Assembly: GCA_048938445.1 (NCBI GenBank)
Contig: JBHLME010000031.1
Location: forward strand, 1-40,163
Length of the DNA: 40,163 nt
Origin: Promethearchaeota archaeon
GTDB lineage: Archaea > Asgardarchaeota > Lokiarchaeia > Sigyniarchaeales > SOKP01
Direction: 5' to 3'
In this document: positions 29,817 to 39,564 of the stretch, piece by piece
Numbering within the stretch: the first letter of the stretch is position 1
Layout of the letters: each line of letters opens with the position of its first letter
Notes under the pieces: generated by a model
Database searches by the model: none
Told to the model about the DNA's origin: nothing
What the model saw: the letters and a program-made list of their open reading frames with translations, nothing else
Made by a program: the position numbers and the translations under genes

Positions 29817-30410
29817 TTACAATATTTCTATAAGTTGTCCTACTAATTTTTCAATATCTATCATGACTAACTGTAAATTAGGATCTCTTCTTGAAACAAC
29901 CAGTAGGATATGGTTGTTCACTCTAGATAGAAATAATAGATTGTTATCTAATTTTAGTGTAATATTTTTTATACTTCCTTTAAATAACTCTTCGGCAACT
30001 CTCATGGAAGTGTTAAAAAGTGTTGCGGAAGAAGGGAATAATATTCTTTTATGTTTAACTTTTAATAAACTCGTTATTAATGGCATTCCATTTAAATTCA
30101 TGAGACTCGCACCTAATATGCAAAAGTTTGTTTCTACAAATTGATCTAATATTTTTCTGATCTTTACTTCTTCAGATGACTTCTCTGATATGACCTCATT
30201 ATAACTAAACTCATAATCTACCTTTTGATAACCCCTAATCTTTGATTCATTGTCCAAAAATGCTTGGAAAGGATGTGCACAAATCATTCCTGCCCTAATG
30301 GACACAGTAATTAGATTCCCTGATTTTTTAGTGATTTTTGGAATCCCTATCCGTTTTTTCTTATTGCATGTTGGACAGCATAAGATTAATTCATCTTGAT
30401 TATTGCTCAA
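29817..30410 (-). CDS. Zinc-ribbon + roadblock/LC7 fusion protein
   Basis: N-terminal CPTC...ICAHPF...IRGYQKVD; C-terminal ILGASLMNLNGMPL...SATLFNTSMRVAEEL roadblock pattern. Confidence 0.75.
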   Translation of the reverse strand: MSNNQDELILCCPTCNKKKRIGIPKITKKSGNLITVSIRAGMICAHPFQAFLDNESKIRGYQKVDYEFSYNEVISEKSSEEVKIRKILDQFVETNFCILGASLMNLNGMPLITSLLKVKHKRILFPSSATLFNTSMRVAEELFKGSIKNITLKLDNNLLFLSRVNNHILLVVSRRDPNLQLVMIDIEKLVGQLIEIL

Positions 30411-30537
30411 CGATATCTAAAATCCTGTTATTTCTCTTAATATACTATTATTCTGTCATATTTAAAAAGGTTACATTTTGTCGGTTTTCTCATCCCTAAT
30501 GCAATTATCCATCCTTAAAAACAAGTTTTATGTCAAG

Positions 30538-31164
30538 TTAGATAACTTGATTGACTAATATGTTTAAAATTTTATTAAAATATTTCTCTAATAATTGTCT
30601 GCATTTCTCCGCTATACTTCTATTATCAACCATTTTAGAAATAAATTCCATAAAACTCAAGCTATATACTATACCAATATATGTATTGCTCCTACCATAC
30701 AGAGATCTAATTTGGTTCTTTATTTTATTTCTATCTTCTGTTTTTAATAACTTCTTATCTATAAGAAATTCGATCAATTGAATAATGGTTTCTTTAAAAC
30801 ACTTTTTATGAATTTCAGCTAAACTTTCCCCTACAGTCACCGTTAAAACCATTCCTCTGTTCATTTCTGAACCTAGCATTGATTCATAGTCTTTTAATTT
30901 ATCCAATATTGTTTTTATAGGGATTTCATATATTGTTTCATTGAAAAATTCTAAATATTCTTCAGCTTGACCATCATCAATTAAACCAAGAGGTTTAGTA
31001 ATCAATATATAGAATTTTTCAATTGCTTCGCCCGCACCCTTGACATATTCAAATCTATCCTTAGTACGGCTATATATTTTATCATCTCCATAATAAAACT
31101 GTTGATAAAGCAAATATCGTACAGTATCATCAGGATCTATTTTTACAGTCGGTTCAATAGGCAT
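30538..31164 (-). CDS. Hypothetical protein
   Basis: 208-aa ATG ORF, helical-looking, no motif recognised. Confidence 0.8.
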   Translation of the reverse strand: MPIEPTVKIDPDDTVRYLLYQQFYYGDDKIYSRTKDRFEYVKGAGEAIEKFYILITKPLGLIDDGQAEEYLEFFNETIYEIPIKTILDKLKDYESMLGSEMNRGMVLTVTVGESLAEIHKKCFKETIIQLIEFLIDKKLLKTEDRNKIKNQIRSLYGRSNTYIGIVYSLSFMEFISKMVDNRSIAEKCRQLLEKYFNKILNILVNQVI

Positions 31165-31274
31165 TGGATATTATATTAATCAAAATACGGTTTAATTAAT
31201 TTTTCATTATTTAATTTTAAATATTAAAAATTAAATCTTAATATAATTTTTTCATCGTTCATTATTTTACTTCA

Positions 31275-32009
31275 TTATACCAAGATAATCAATAAGAACA
31301 CGACACATCCATGAGTAATAGCACATGCAAATTGATCAACGTGAATTCTTAACCAGCTTAAGAGAATTGCCATTACAAATACGAATATATAATAAATTCC
31401 ATAATCAAAAGGTAAATAAAAAAGATGTGTGAGAGTGAAAATTATTGCGGTAAATATGATTATTTTCCACTCATTATCAACAAGTTCTTTTACATGTTTT
31501 TGAATTATCCCTCGAAACATTACTTCTTCGTATATTGCACCTAAAAGACTAAATGATAACGATATGATGATTTTTTCAGCAGAAATATTTGGAGGAAAGG
31601 TGATTGGTATGGAGGTTAAAAGTATTATTAAAGGGGTTATTGCCATTAAAGGAATAATCCCAATTAAACCATAGAAAACACTTTTTTTAATATTCTCTGT
31701 TTTAAATCCTATATCTTTAAAATTACTCTTTTCAATTCTATATAAATAATACCACGTAAAAAGCAATCCAAAACCAAGTAAAAGAGAATAAAATATAGCA
31801 TCTTCTTTTAATTTTGGCATTATACCAATTGTATCTTGAAAGAACACCAAAATAAGTCGAATTATAAATAATAAGACGCTTAAGGAGATAATAATGAATA
31901 GATGGTTTTTTTCTTCTTTCTTATATAACTTTGAAATTAAAAGAAGGGAGATTAATAATATTGGGAGAACGATTATAAAATACCAGAAATTTATAGGATT
32001 AAAACTCAT
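31275..32009 (-). CDS. CPBP family intramembrane glutamic endopeptidase (CAAX/Abi)
   Basis: EEVMFRG, FTLTH, ITH motifs; about 8 TM. Confidence 0.9.
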   Translation of the reverse strand: MSFNPINFWYFIIVLPILLISLLLISKLYKKEEKNHLFIIISLSVLLFIIRLILVFFQDTIGIMPKLKEDAIFYSLLLGFGLLFTWYYLYRIEKSNFKDIGFKTENIKKSVFYGLIGIIPLMAITPLIILLTSIPITFPPNISAEKIIISLSFSLLGAIYEEVMFRGIIQKHVKELVDNEWKIIIFTAIIFTLTHLFYLPFDYGIYYIFVFVMAILLSWLRIHVDQFACAITHGCVVFLLIILV

Positions 32010-32178
32010 ATTATCACGTCAATCTGTTTTTTTAACAATTTGATAATAGATTAGAGATCTAAAAATTGTTTTTTATTCAAAATTATAATTCATTAAACCC
32101 CCTTCTTTTTAAAAAGTTGGGAAGAAATTTCTAATATATAAAAATGAATAAAATTTTTATCGCTAGAGTTCCTGGAAG

Positions 32179-33468
32179 ATGCCTTCAACCTTAGAAAAAA
32201 TACGGATTTTAGGAGCTAATTCAAAATATGATATATGTGCTAGCACGGCATCAAGTCGCTCAGATAAAGTTCCAAAACTCTATGGAAACTCGAAAAATTA
32301 TATTGGAAATACTGCTCGTGCGGGTATATGCCATAGTTATACTCCTGATGGTCGATGCATGAGTCTTTTTAAAGCTCTTTATACAAATAAATGTATTTAT
32401 AATTGTAAATATTGTTTTACTAACAATTGTAAAAAAAGAATGAGTTTTACTCCAGAAGAATACGCCCGTACCTTCATGAAGTTATATTCAATGAATGTTG
32501 TGGAAGGAATATTCATATCTTCTGCAATTTGTGGTTGTGCAGATGATACCACCGAAGAAATGTTAAAAACGGTTAAATTACTTAGATTTAAATATAATTT
32601 TCAAGGTTACATACACTTTAAATGTCTTCCAGGAGTAAGCCAGTATCTTCTGAAGGAAGCAATATACCTCTCTGATCGCATATCGATCAATTCAGAAGCA
32701 TCGTCAAAGGAATTTTTAGCAGAAATTGCTGAACAAAAAGATTTTATGAATGATATAGTAACGAGGCAACGTTGGTTAAAGCAGATTCGGGTAAAGCAGA
32801 ATGAAATGAAATTAAAGGAATTGAAAGATTATATAAATGACAATCAATTTAAAATCCAAGAAAAAATGCTGAAAGAAAAGCGAGATAATGGGTATAAAAA
32901 ATTTAGATGGGATGGAGCTCCAATATTGAATAGTGGCCAGACCACACAATATGTTCTAGGCGCAGCGGAAAGTGAGACGGATTGGGATCTTCTCAAAAGA
33001 ATTGATTGGCAATATCGAACAATTGATCTCCGACGCGCATATTTTTCTTCATTCATTCCAATTGAAGGGACACCATTAGCAAATAAAAAAGCGGAATCTT
33101 TAGAAAGAGAACATAGATTATATCAGAGTGATTGGTTATTGCGTATTTATCACTATAAATTAAGTGATATAAAGGATGTTCTAACAGATGAGGGCAATTT
33201 ACCTAAAGGAGATCCAAAAATTCATTTAGCTCGATACTATTTTAAAGAAAGAGGCTTAGTTGACCCAAATGATGCCTCTTACAACCAACTGCTACGTATT
33301 CCCGGAATAGGTCCCATTTCTGCTAAGCGCATCATAAATTTACGTACGAAAAAAATAAAAATAAAGAGCAGGGAAGATTTAAAAACGGTTGGAGTTGTTC
33401 TGAAGAGAGCAGATCCTTTTTTAAAGATTAACGGTCGAAATCAAACTATAATTAATAATTTTTTATAG
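32179..33468 (+). CDS. Putative DNA modification/repair radical SAM protein with HhH
   Basis: KYDICAS, GICHSYTPDGRC, CIYNCKYC, REHRLYQSDWLLRIY, LLRIPGIGP. Confidence 0.92.
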   Translation: MPSTLEKIRILGANSKYDICASTASSRSDKVPKLYGNSKNYIGNTARAGICHSYTPDGRCMSLFKALYTNKCIYNCKYCFTNNCKKRMSFTPEEYARTFMKLYSMNVVEGIFISSAICGCADDTTEEMLKTVKLLRFKYNFQGYIHFKCLPGVSQYLLKEAIYLSDRISINSEASSKEFLAEIAEQKDFMNDIVTRQRWLKQIRVKQNEMKLKELKDYINDNQFKIQEKMLKEKRDNGYKKFRWDGAPILNSGQTTQYVLGAAESETDWDLLKRIDWQYRTIDLRRAYFSSFIPIEGTPLANKKAESLEREHRLYQSDWLLRIYHYKLSDIKDVLTDEGNLPKGDPKIHLARYYFKERGLVDPNDASYNQLLRIPGIGPISAKRIINLRTKKIKIKSREDLKTVGVVLKRADPFLKINGRNQTIINNFL

Positions 33469-33483
33469 AGGTTATTAAAAAGC

Positions 33484-34143
33484 ATGGAAAAATGCCAAGA
33501 TCCCTTGAAAATTAATGGTCGATTTAAAGGATATTCAAGAGAAGAGCTCTTAAAAAATCTTCCTCGACATTGCAAATATACTCCTCATATAAAAAAGCAA
33601 ATCAATAAGATTCCAGATGTCATTTTACGCAATTCAGGAACACCTTTAGCTAAAAAACTGAATCGAATGATGAAGGAAGTTTCTTTAGAAACATATAGAG
33701 CAAAACAATTCACGCGTACAGAAATAAATGATAGGGGTGTTTTATATGGAATTGTTTTACTCAAACATGATGTCATTGACCTCGTATTGAAGTATTTTCA
33801 CGATCGCTGGCCACAATGTATAATTTGCTTATATAATGAACATTCATTTAAAACAAGTATAATAAATGAAAGAGGAATTATCACGAATTATAATATACGA
33901 CTTAGAGAATTTGTTGATAAGATAAGTAGAAATCGTCCAATTATCCCATATTTTAAAGACATTCAATTTTCTGGAGAAAAAATATTTGAAACCTTGTATC
34001 AATCCTCATTTATTGAAGAACGTGATAATCCTCTTTATTTCAAGAAAATGATCCCTGATTATTGCTATGAATTACCCGGCATGAGGAAGGGTGTAGAAAG
34101 GCGTTTTAATAACAAAATTAAAAAGATAGACGAGTTTCTTTAA
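33484..34143 (+). CDS. DUF4130-like partner of the DNA repair radical SAM protein
   Basis: 15 nt downstream of the radical SAM gene; EVSLETYRAKQFTR, HFxDR-like YFHDRW, YQSSFIEERDN...KMIP pattern. Confidence 0.75.
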   Translation: MEKCQDPLKINGRFKGYSREELLKNLPRHCKYTPHIKKQINKIPDVILRNSGTPLAKKLNRMMKEVSLETYRAKQFTRTEINDRGVLYGIVLLKHDVIDLVLKYFHDRWPQCIICLYNEHSFKTSIINERGIITNYNIRLREFVDKISRNRPIIPYFKDIQFSGEKIFETLYQSSFIEERDNPLYFKKMIPDYCYELPGMRKGVERRFNNKIKKIDEFL

Positions 34144-34402
34144 CGATTAAAATTGTTTTTAAAAAAATATTCGCCTTATACCATCTAAGAGTAATCTTGA
34201 TGAACTGAATACTATAAATATTAATTTTTATCATTATTACTCATTTTGGATTTTATTAATTCAATTTTTTTAAAAAATAAAGTGATATGATTATCCTATT
34301 TATAAAATAAAGCCTATAAATATATAATTAAAATGAATTTACTGTTTAATAATTTAAGATTAACAATATTTTTTATTTGGATTTTTAAGGTGTATATAAA
34401 AC

Positions 34403-35656
34403 ACGCATTACGTAATAATTGGTGGGGGTCCGGCGGGTGCAATTGCCGCCATAGAACTCCGAAAAAATGATAATTTGAATAAAATAACTATTATTTCAAA
34501 AGAAAATCACGAATATTATAAAAGGAGTAAAATCATTAATTTAATTTCAGGAAGTTGTTCTGAAGATGATTTATACCTTGAAGGTAAGGAGGTCTATGAA
34601 GAGTTAAATATAGATTTTATTTTTGATATAGTTCAAGAAGTAAATCCTCATAAAAACCAGGTATTATTAAGCAATAATTCAGTAATCCAATATGATTCTC
34701 TTTTAATTGCCACGGGAGGATCCCCTATAGTATTACCTTGGAATGGAGCGGATTTAAAAGGAATTTCCACTCTTTATACTCTTGATGATGCTATTGAAGT
34801 GGCGGAATTAATCTGTAATGTAAAGAATGCTGTAATAATTGGAGGTGGAGCAATTGCAATGAAAGTTATCAATAATTTCCTTAAGATCGGTTTAAATACG
34901 ACTATAATAGAGAAAGCATCGCATCTATGGCCAATTGGGTTTGACAGAAAAATGGCACGTATTATTGAAAGTAAAATTAAGCAAAAGGGTATAGAGATTT
35001 ATTTAAATGAGGAAGTTTTGGAATTTAAAGGAACTAATGGAAAGTTAACTTCAGTTTTATTAAAAAGTGGAAAAGAACTTCCAGCAGACCTCGCAATTAT
35101 AACAATTGGCATGAAACCTAATATAAGTTTTTTAGAAAATAGTGATATTGACATTGATAAGGGTGTTTTAGTTAATGAATATTTACAAACTAATGTTCCA
35201 AATATCTTTGCTGTTGGAGATGTAGCTCAAATTTCTGACCCTCTCTATGAATATCCAATTCTGCATCCTACTTTAGGAAATGCGAAGAGACAAGCAAAAA
35301 TTGCAGCATTAAACATGATGGGAAAGAAGATTAAGTATGATGGGACTATTCCCCTTCAAACTATTAAAATCTTTGGTTTTAATGCAATTGCAGGTGGTAT
35401 TACTCATTCGAAAAAAAATTATGATGAAATCGCTTGGATTTCCTTTAATAAAGGAATCTGCCGAAAATTCGTGTTAAAACATAATAAATTAATTGGAGTT
35501 TTATTATTGGGAAAAGATATAGATAAAAAGAAATTAAAACCATTGATTAAATATGCTATATCAAATATGATTGATATAGAGGTACATAAGACTCGCATCT
35601 TAAGTGATGATATAAATAGTATTTTTGATTTCATAGAGAATGGTATGAATTCTTAA
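34403..35656 (+). CDS. FAD-dependent pyridine nucleotide-disulfide oxidoreductase (NirB/rubredoxin reductase-like); start uncertain
   Basis: LLIATGG, IIGGGAI, TNVPNIFAVGD. The first Rossmann motif YVIIGGGPAG is in frame upstream of the track start at 34475. Confidence 0.85.
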   Translation, partial: THYVIIGGGPAGAIAAIELRKNDNLNKITIISKENHEYYKRSKIINLISGSCSEDDLYLEGKEVYEELNIDFIFDIVQEVNPHKNQVLLSNNSVIQYDSLLIATGGSPIVLPWNGADLKGISTLYTLDDAIEVAELICNVKNAVIIGGGAIAMKVINNFLKIGLNTTIIEKASHLWPIGFDRKMARIIESKIKQKGIEIYLNEEVLEFKGTNGKLTSVLLKSGKELPADLAIITIGMKPNISFLENSDIDIDKGVLVNEYLQTNVPNIFAVGDVAQISDPLYEYPILHPTLGNAKRQAKIAALNMMGKKIKYDGTIPLQTIKIFGFNAIAGGITHSKKNYDEIAWISFNKGICRKFVLKHNKLIGVLLLGKDIDKKKLKPLIKYAISNMIDIEVHKTRILSDDINSIFDFIENGMNS

Positions 35657-36393
35657 AGAACAAATTCTAATCCGTCATATGCAGCTAAAGTTGGTTGAAA
35701 TATATTCATTGCAGTTTTTAATGCCTCGTTACGATCATTCATAGTTTTAAAAATACTAGCATCAAAATGAGTGAGAATTAATTGCTTGACATTTGATTCT
35801 TTTGCGATATGAGCAATCTCTTCAGGTTTAAGATGAGGCCACCCCCATTTTTCTTGACCTGGCTTGTATGAACATTCACTTATGAGTAAATCTGCGTTTT
35901 TTGATAAGTAATGAATGTTATCACATACACCAGTATCCGTGCAATAAGAAATAATTTTATCATCTAGATTAATTCTATATCCTAAGCAATCATCAGAGTG
36001 AAATAATAACATGCAATCGAAATCTATTAATTTTGAATGGGTACCCTCATCAAATTCAAAAATTTCTATAGTATATGGCAAATTAGAAAGAGGCGTGGTA
36101 AAAGGATGTTTTATTATAGATTTAAGAGCATTTTCAATTCCAATATATCCAAAAATTTTTATGCCTTGTTTAAATCTAAACTTACTTAATATGTGTAACC
36201 CTATTATATGGTCTAAATGAGTATGTGTTAAAAAAAGGATTAACTGTTTATCAGAATTAATGTAATTATCCAATTTATTAATACCATCTCCAGCATCAAG
36301 AATTATATAATAAGAATTAGATTCAATTAACGTGCATATCGTATTTCCATGTGAAGAATACCACCCATTCGTTCCTAAGAAAGTTATTTTCAT
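35653..36393 (-). CDS. MBL-fold hydrolase, ribonuclease Z-like
   Basis: FLGTNG, LDAGDG, THTHLDH, YCTDT, LLISECS, ILTHF. Confidence 0.9.
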   Translation of the reverse strand: MKITFLGTNGWYSSHGNTICTLIESNSYYIILDAGDGINKLDNYINSDKQLILFLTHTHLDHIIGLHILSKFRFKQGIKIFGYIGIENALKSIIKHPFTTPLSNLPYTIEIFEFDEGTHSKLIDFDCMLLFHSDDCLGYRINLDDKIISYCTDTGVCDNIHYLSKNADLLISECSYKPGQEKWGWPHLKPEEIAHIAKESNVKQLILTHFDASIFKTMNDRNEALKTAMNIFQPTLAAYDGLEFVL

Positions 36394-36436
36394 GATTTAA
36401 AATTGTTAAATTGTAATATAATAAAATGCATATATT

Positions 36437-37264
36437 TTATTTTCCTTTAAACTCAGGTTTTCTTTTCTCTAAAAAGGCACTAACTCCTTCAGATACATCT
36501 TTACTTCGTGAGTTTATGGCAAAGCCTAGTTGTTCAAATTGTAAACCTACATTTAATGGTACCTGAGTTCCATAGTCAATACATTTTTTAATTACAAACA
36601 AACTATTTGTAGCAGCGTTTCCTAACCACGAAGCTTTCTCATGAACAAAATCTTCGAATTTATCATCATCTACTACGTAAGAAATAATACCCCAATTATA
36701 CATTTCTTCGGCAGTATAGTGGTCACCAAAAAACATCATTCTCTTTGTCCTCATTTTGCCAAGATTATCAATCAATCGTTGAGTTCCACCATTAGCGGGA
36801 AAAATACCTCGTTGTATTTCAGGAAAACCAAATAAAGAGCGCTTGGAAGCTATAGATATATCACAAACTAGAACTAATTCAAAACCTCCTCCTAAAGCGA
36901 ATCCATCAATAGCAGCAATGATCGGTTTCGCAAATTCCTCAATTAAATCATAATATTTATGTTTTCTGTACATAGCATGACTTTGATGTCTTAAATTGTC
37001 TTGATCAAGATCATTACTTGAGCTTTCTGATAGGTCAGCACCAGCAGAGAAAGCAGGCTTCTTTGTAAACTCTTTATTTCCACGTAATACTACACATCGT
37101 ACGTCTCGATCAACTTCTATCATCTCTAATGCTTCTGAGATTTCTCTTAGCGTCTGGTTTTGAAGGGCATTTAACCTTTCAGGTCTCGTTATTGATATTA
37201 CAGCATAATTCCCTTCTTTTATTTTTTCTAACTTAATATGTTCAAATTTCTTATCATCAATCAT
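36437..37264 (-). CDS. Enoyl-CoA hydratase/isomerase (crotonase)
   Basis: RPERLNAL, AFSAGADL, GFALGGGFEL, FGFPE, AFLEKRKPEFKG. Confidence 0.95.
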   Translation of the reverse strand: MIDDKKFEHIKLEKIKEGNYAVISITRPERLNALQNQTLREISEALEMIEVDRDVRCVVLRGNKEFTKKPAFSAGADLSESSSNDLDQDNLRHQSHAMYRKHKYYDLIEEFAKPIIAAIDGFALGGGFELVLVCDISIASKRSLFGFPEIQRGIFPANGGTQRLIDNLGKMRTKRMMFFGDHYTAEEMYNWGIISYVVDDDKFEDFVHEKASWLGNAATNSLFVIKKCIDYGTQVPLNVGLQFEQLGFAINSRSKDVSEGVSAFLEKRKPEFKGK

Positions 37265-37495
37265 TTTGCATACCTTTTTTCATATTTTTTTCTAAACAAT
37301 TCAATTATTATAATAAATTGAATTGAATTAATTAATCATTGAATCTTATAAAAATTACCTTAGCCATAATAATAAAAGATCTATAGTTTTAAAGTAAAGA
37401 AATTAAATTCAGAAGTAAAAAAGAAATTTAAAGGAGGATTTAAAAATTTTTCATTATCCTTTAACATCTAAAATGTTAAAACATAATTATCATGT

Positions 37496-38383
37496 CTAAT
37501 TTTCAATTTTTCCATTCATTTCTTTATAAAGTTGCGGAAGAAATGATGCAAGATTATTATATTCCATGAGACTATGAATACAATTATTCCTTGCCATATG
37601 CATCATGACTCTCTTAGGCATTAAACGATTCTTTCTTTTTGGAACACCATTTATCATTCTATATCCAAGCCAATATCTACTACGATATTCCACACCTTCT
37701 TCAACTTTCCTTACAGCGTGGAAGAATACATTGATTGAGAGATTATTACCATCTACCACGACATTTGCAACATATGCCCTTGATATATTTGGTTCCTTAA
37801 ACTTATTAAAATCGAGACCAAATTCTTCTGGAGAAAAAAATTCAATTCTGAGCTTTTGTGAATTTTTCAAAGTAAATCCTTCCACGGGATAGTGCACTCC
37901 ACCATAATTCCTTTCTCGTAGGGATGCCCCACTACTGTCCAAATGTTTTTCTTTATCCTTTACACTTATATCCGTATGAGCGACCGGACACCAAATTGCA
38001 TATCTCAATCCTTCTAGTGGATGCCAATTAAACCACCAATCGAGCATTTCTGGTGTAACACCCGGCATTTTAACGAGGGTTGCTGCAAGTCCGCTCCCAT
38101 CAGGCATTACAGTATAACCTGTTTCCATATCAAGATATCCTGGATCCATCATCTCATTCCTCTCATAAATCGTTATTCCCTTTGACGAATCCACGGGACC
38201 CATATTCACTATTTCCAGGTCCGACGAAGGAATTTCAGCCATTTCTTTATAATAATACTTTGAATAGAATTTTTCTTTTTCTTCATTAGTCAATTCTCTT
38301 CGTTTCAAATCATAGATGCTAGCCATTGTTATTTTTTCAGGAAAAATTTTACTCATTATACTCATTTCTTTTATAACATTCAT
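37496..38383 (-). CDS. DAPG hydrolase PhlG-family protein
   Basis: METGY, MPGVTPEMLDWWFNWH, RYAIWCP-H, YRSRYWLG, H-x3-EYNNLASFLP. Confidence 0.85.
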   Translation of the reverse strand: MNVIKEMSIMSKIFPEKITMASIYDLKRRELTNEEKEKFYSKYYYKEMAEIPSSDLEIVNMGPVDSSKGITIYERNEMMDPGYLDMETGYTVMPDGSGLAATLVKMPGVTPEMLDWWFNWHPLEGLRYAIWCPVAHTDISVKDKEKHLDSSGASLRERNYGGVHYPVEGFTLKNSQKLRIEFFSPEEFGLDFNKFKEPNISRAYVANVVVDGNNLSINVFFHAVRKVEEGVEYRSRYWLGYRMINGVPKRKNRLMPKRVMMHMARNNCIHSLMEYNNLASFLPQLYKEMNGKIEN

Positions 38384-38543
38384 TATGTAATAATCACCAA
38401 AAATATAAAGTTAGATCGGAGTGATGCTCCGTTTATCCATAGTATACCAAATATATCATTCTTTTTAAACATAACTAGGAATAAATTAACAAGCAGTAAA
38501 ATAAATATGCGTTATTTTTGATTTGTTATAGAAAAAGAAATGA

Positions 38544-38819
38544 TTAGAAATTTTCAACTACTTTTCCACCAGGTAAGATCTTATAGAATGTTTCGTCATT
38601 TTCCTCGGTTTTTTCCATACATAAAGATTGAATGAGAAAACTTGAATGATATTCAAACATGTTAGAATCGTTTAGAATGTCATCTTCTTTGAGTCCTTTT
38701 AAAAGATCACTTTCAGGGATTTTTCCAGCAGAGTTAACACGCTTTAGTATTTCCTTCCTAATAGGATTATTTACTGCTTTTAGGTGTTGAGCATGTCCAA
38801 CTTTTTTTTGTTCAGTCAT
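38544..38819 (-). CDS. ArsR-like winged-helix protein
   Basis: AVNNPIRKEILK ... FEYH ... YKILPGG. Confidence 0.7.
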   Translation of the reverse strand: MTEQKKVGHAQHLKAVNNPIRKEILKRVNSAGKIPESDLLKGLKEDDILNDSNMFEYHSSFLIQSLCMEKTEENDETFYKILPGGKVVENF

Positions 38820-39124
38820 TATTTTTCACTTGAATAATTAATTACAATTCACTAAGATTATACAAAGTAATGAAAATAAAAAATGTACAGCTTTTAAAAT
38901 ATAAAATTCCCTGATTTAGCACTTATATTTATAAAACGACAAATGAAGGAATAAATACAAAATATAATCAAGATAGTTTAAATCATTTGATTACTTAATT
39001 TATAGAAAGTAAGAAGTAATTAAAGACATCCATTGAGTTATTCTCATTAAAATATGGTCTACTGTTTCTTTTAATAATTTAATTTCATAATAGAATTAGG
39101 TTTAAACATAAAAAATGATAAAAA

Positions 39125-39556
39125 ATGAATGAAATATATGAGAATTTAGATGATAAAATTCTATTAAAAACAAAATTCGCAAATTTTTATGGACAAAAAT
39201 CTCGTGGTGTTTTACATGTAACAGGGAGCGGTAAACTAATTCTTACGGAAAATGAACTTTTCTTTCATCAATATTTACCTAAAACAATAATGCATATTCC
39301 TTTATCTAATATTATTGGAATTGAAACACCTAAAAAATTTCTATCAAATTATTCTGGAAGCCGTCTTCTTAAAGTTATCTATGAAGATGAAAACGGCCAT
39401 GAGGATGAGGTAGCATGGGTAATACCCAAGTTAAAAAAGTGGATAGAAATATTAGCACCAAATTCTAACAAATATTGCCGTTTTTGTGAAAGTGAATTGA
39501 AGCCTTATGTTTATATTTGCTCAAATTGCGGTACTAATTTAAGGGAATTTAAATAA
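39125..39556 (+). CDS. PH/GRAM-like domain protein with C-terminal zinc ribbon
   Basis: GKLILTENELFF...IPLSNI pattern, W-containing terminal helix, CRFC-x10-CSNCG. Confidence 0.7.
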   Translation: MNEIYENLDDKILLKTKFANFYGQKSRGVLHVTGSGKLILTENELFFHQYLPKTIMHIPLSNIIGIETPKKFLSNYSGSRLLKVIYEDENGHEDEVAWVIPKLKKWIEILAPNSNKYCRFCESELKPYVYICSNCGTNLREFK

Positions 39557-39564
39557 ATTCACTA

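Noticed and set aside
32098-32121. CTTTTTAAAAAG palindrome between the CPBP and radical SAM genes
   Set aside because: Low-complexity A/T palindrome, expected by chance at this composition.
35653-35656. 4-bp overlap of convergent stop codons
   Set aside because: Common arrangement with no special meaning.
967-38289. Short track ORFs nested antisense in long genes (e.g. 967, 3217, 8061, 11167, 13454, 16516, 17605, 22473, 23028, 24082, 25351, 26862, 28126, 29863, 32844, 37605)
   Set aside because: They overlap well-supported genes on the opposite strand and have no motifs.
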